Assembly (NCBI RefSeq): GCF_006345805.1 | Contig: NW_021835233.1 | Span: 62,001-126,000, forward strand | Reading direction: 5' to 3' | Length of the DNA: 64,000 nt | Origin: Octopus sinensis | Taxonomy: Eukaryota | In this document: positions 62,684-64,000 of the stretch, piece by piece | Layout of the letters: each line of letters begins with the position of its first letter | How positions within the stretch are numbered: the first letter of the stretch is position 1 | Translations under genes and position numbers: made by a program | Notes under the pieces: model-generated | Database searches by the model: none | What the model saw: only the letters and a program-made list of their open reading frames with translations | Told to the model about the DNA's origin: nothing

Positions 62684-64000
62684 ACTCACTTCATTTGTCA
62701 GGTCTTACTCACTTCATTTGTCGAGTCTTACTTCATTTGTCAGGTCTTACTCACCTCATTTGTCGAGTCTTACTCACTTCACTTGTCGAATCTTACTTTA
62801 TTTGTCAGGTCTTACTCACCTCATTTGTTGAGTCTTACTTCATTTGTCAGGTGTTACTCACCTCATTTGTCGAGTCTTACTCACTTCATTTGTCGAATCT
62901 TACTTTATTTGTCAGGTCTTACTCACCTCATTTGTCGAGTCTTACTTCATTTGTCAGGTCTTACTCACTTCATTTGTCGAGTCTTACTTCATTTGTCAGG
63001 TCTTACTCACCTCATTTGTCGAGTCTTACTTCATTTGTCAGGTCTTACTCACTTCATTTGTCGAGTCTTTCTTCATTTGTCAGGTCTTACTCACTTCATT
63101 TGTCGAGTCTTACTTCATTTGTCAGGTCTTACTCACCTCATTTGTCGAATCTTACTTCATTTGTCAGGTCTTACTCACTTCATTTGTCGAGTCTTACTTC
63201 ATTTGTCAGGTCTTACTCACCTCATTTGTCGAGTCTTACTTCATTTGTCAGGTCTTACTCACTTCATTTGTTGAGTCTTACTTCATTTGTTGGGTCTTAC
63301 TCACTTCATTTGTTGAGTCTTACTTCATTTGTCAGGTCTTACTCACCTCATTTGTCGAGTCTTACTTCATTTGTCGGGTCTTACTCACCTCATTTGTCGA
63401 GTCTTACTTCATTTGTCAGGTCTTACTCACTTCATTTGTTGAGTCTTACTTCATTTGTCAGGTCTTACTCACCTCATTTGTCGAGTCTTACTTCATTTGT
63501 CGGGTCTTATTCACTTCATTTGTCGAGTCTTACTTCATTTGTCAGGTCTTACTCACCTCATTTGTCGAGTCTTACTTCATTTGTCAGGTCTTACTCACTT
63601 CATTTGTTGAGTCTTACTTCATTTGTTGGGTCTTACTCATTTCATTTGTTGAGTCTTACTTCATTTGTCAGGTCTTACTCACTTCATTTGTTGAGTCTTA
63701 CTTCATTTGTCAGGTGTTACTCACTTCATTTGTTGAGTCTTACTTCATTTGTCAGGTCTTACTCACCTCATTTGTCGAGTCTTACTTCATTTGTCGGGTC
63801 CTACTCACCTCATTTGTCGAGTCTTACTTCATTTGTCAGGTCTTACTCACTTCATTTGTCGAGTCTTACTTCATTTGTCAGGTCTTACTCACTTCATTTG
63901 TTGAGTCTTACTTCATTTGTCAGGTCTTACTCACTTCATTTGTTGAGTCTTACTTCATTTGTCAGGTCTTACTCACTTCATTTGTTGAGTCTTACTTCAT
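62684..64000. repeat. 42-bp satellite (23+19-bp subunits), runs off the window end
   Basis: (TCTTACTCACTTCATTTGTCGAG-TCTTACTTCATTTGTCAGG)n; the 14-aa periodic ORF confirms a 42-nt unit. Confidence 0.95.

Overview
AT-rich, repeat-saturated eukaryotic genomic DNA. The SINE/LINE families look like those of Octopus (coleoid cephalopod); this is recognition from memory, not a database search. The only protein-coding gene I can support is IFT122 (WDR10, IFT-A core subunit) on the + strand. Three in-frame internal exons are present (4442-4575, 36821-36900, 48203-48299), separated by a 32.2 kb and an 11.3 kb intron; the rest of the gene lies outside the window. The introns hold several tRNA-headed SINE families, 5'-truncated RTE 3' ends, R4/Dong-like fragments, Tc1/mariner remnants (a DD37D maT-like piece, a DD34D-type mariner piece, a 581-bp TIR element), Helitron-like non-autonomous elements, foldbacks, TE-seeded minisatellites (22, 26 and 42 bp) and very long micro/trinucleotide arrays. 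Nearly all ORFs in the supplied track are microsatellite or repeat artefacts. The most interesting unexplained signal is a set of type I hammerhead-ribozyme-like motifs: 27736-27799 (-), 14640-14719 (+), and two copies of a tRNA-headed, (AAT)n-containing SINE whose tail carries a minimal Penelope-type hammerhead fold (3972-4216 -, 50862-51227 +). Repeat boundaries are read by eye and are approximate (roughly +/-20 bp).
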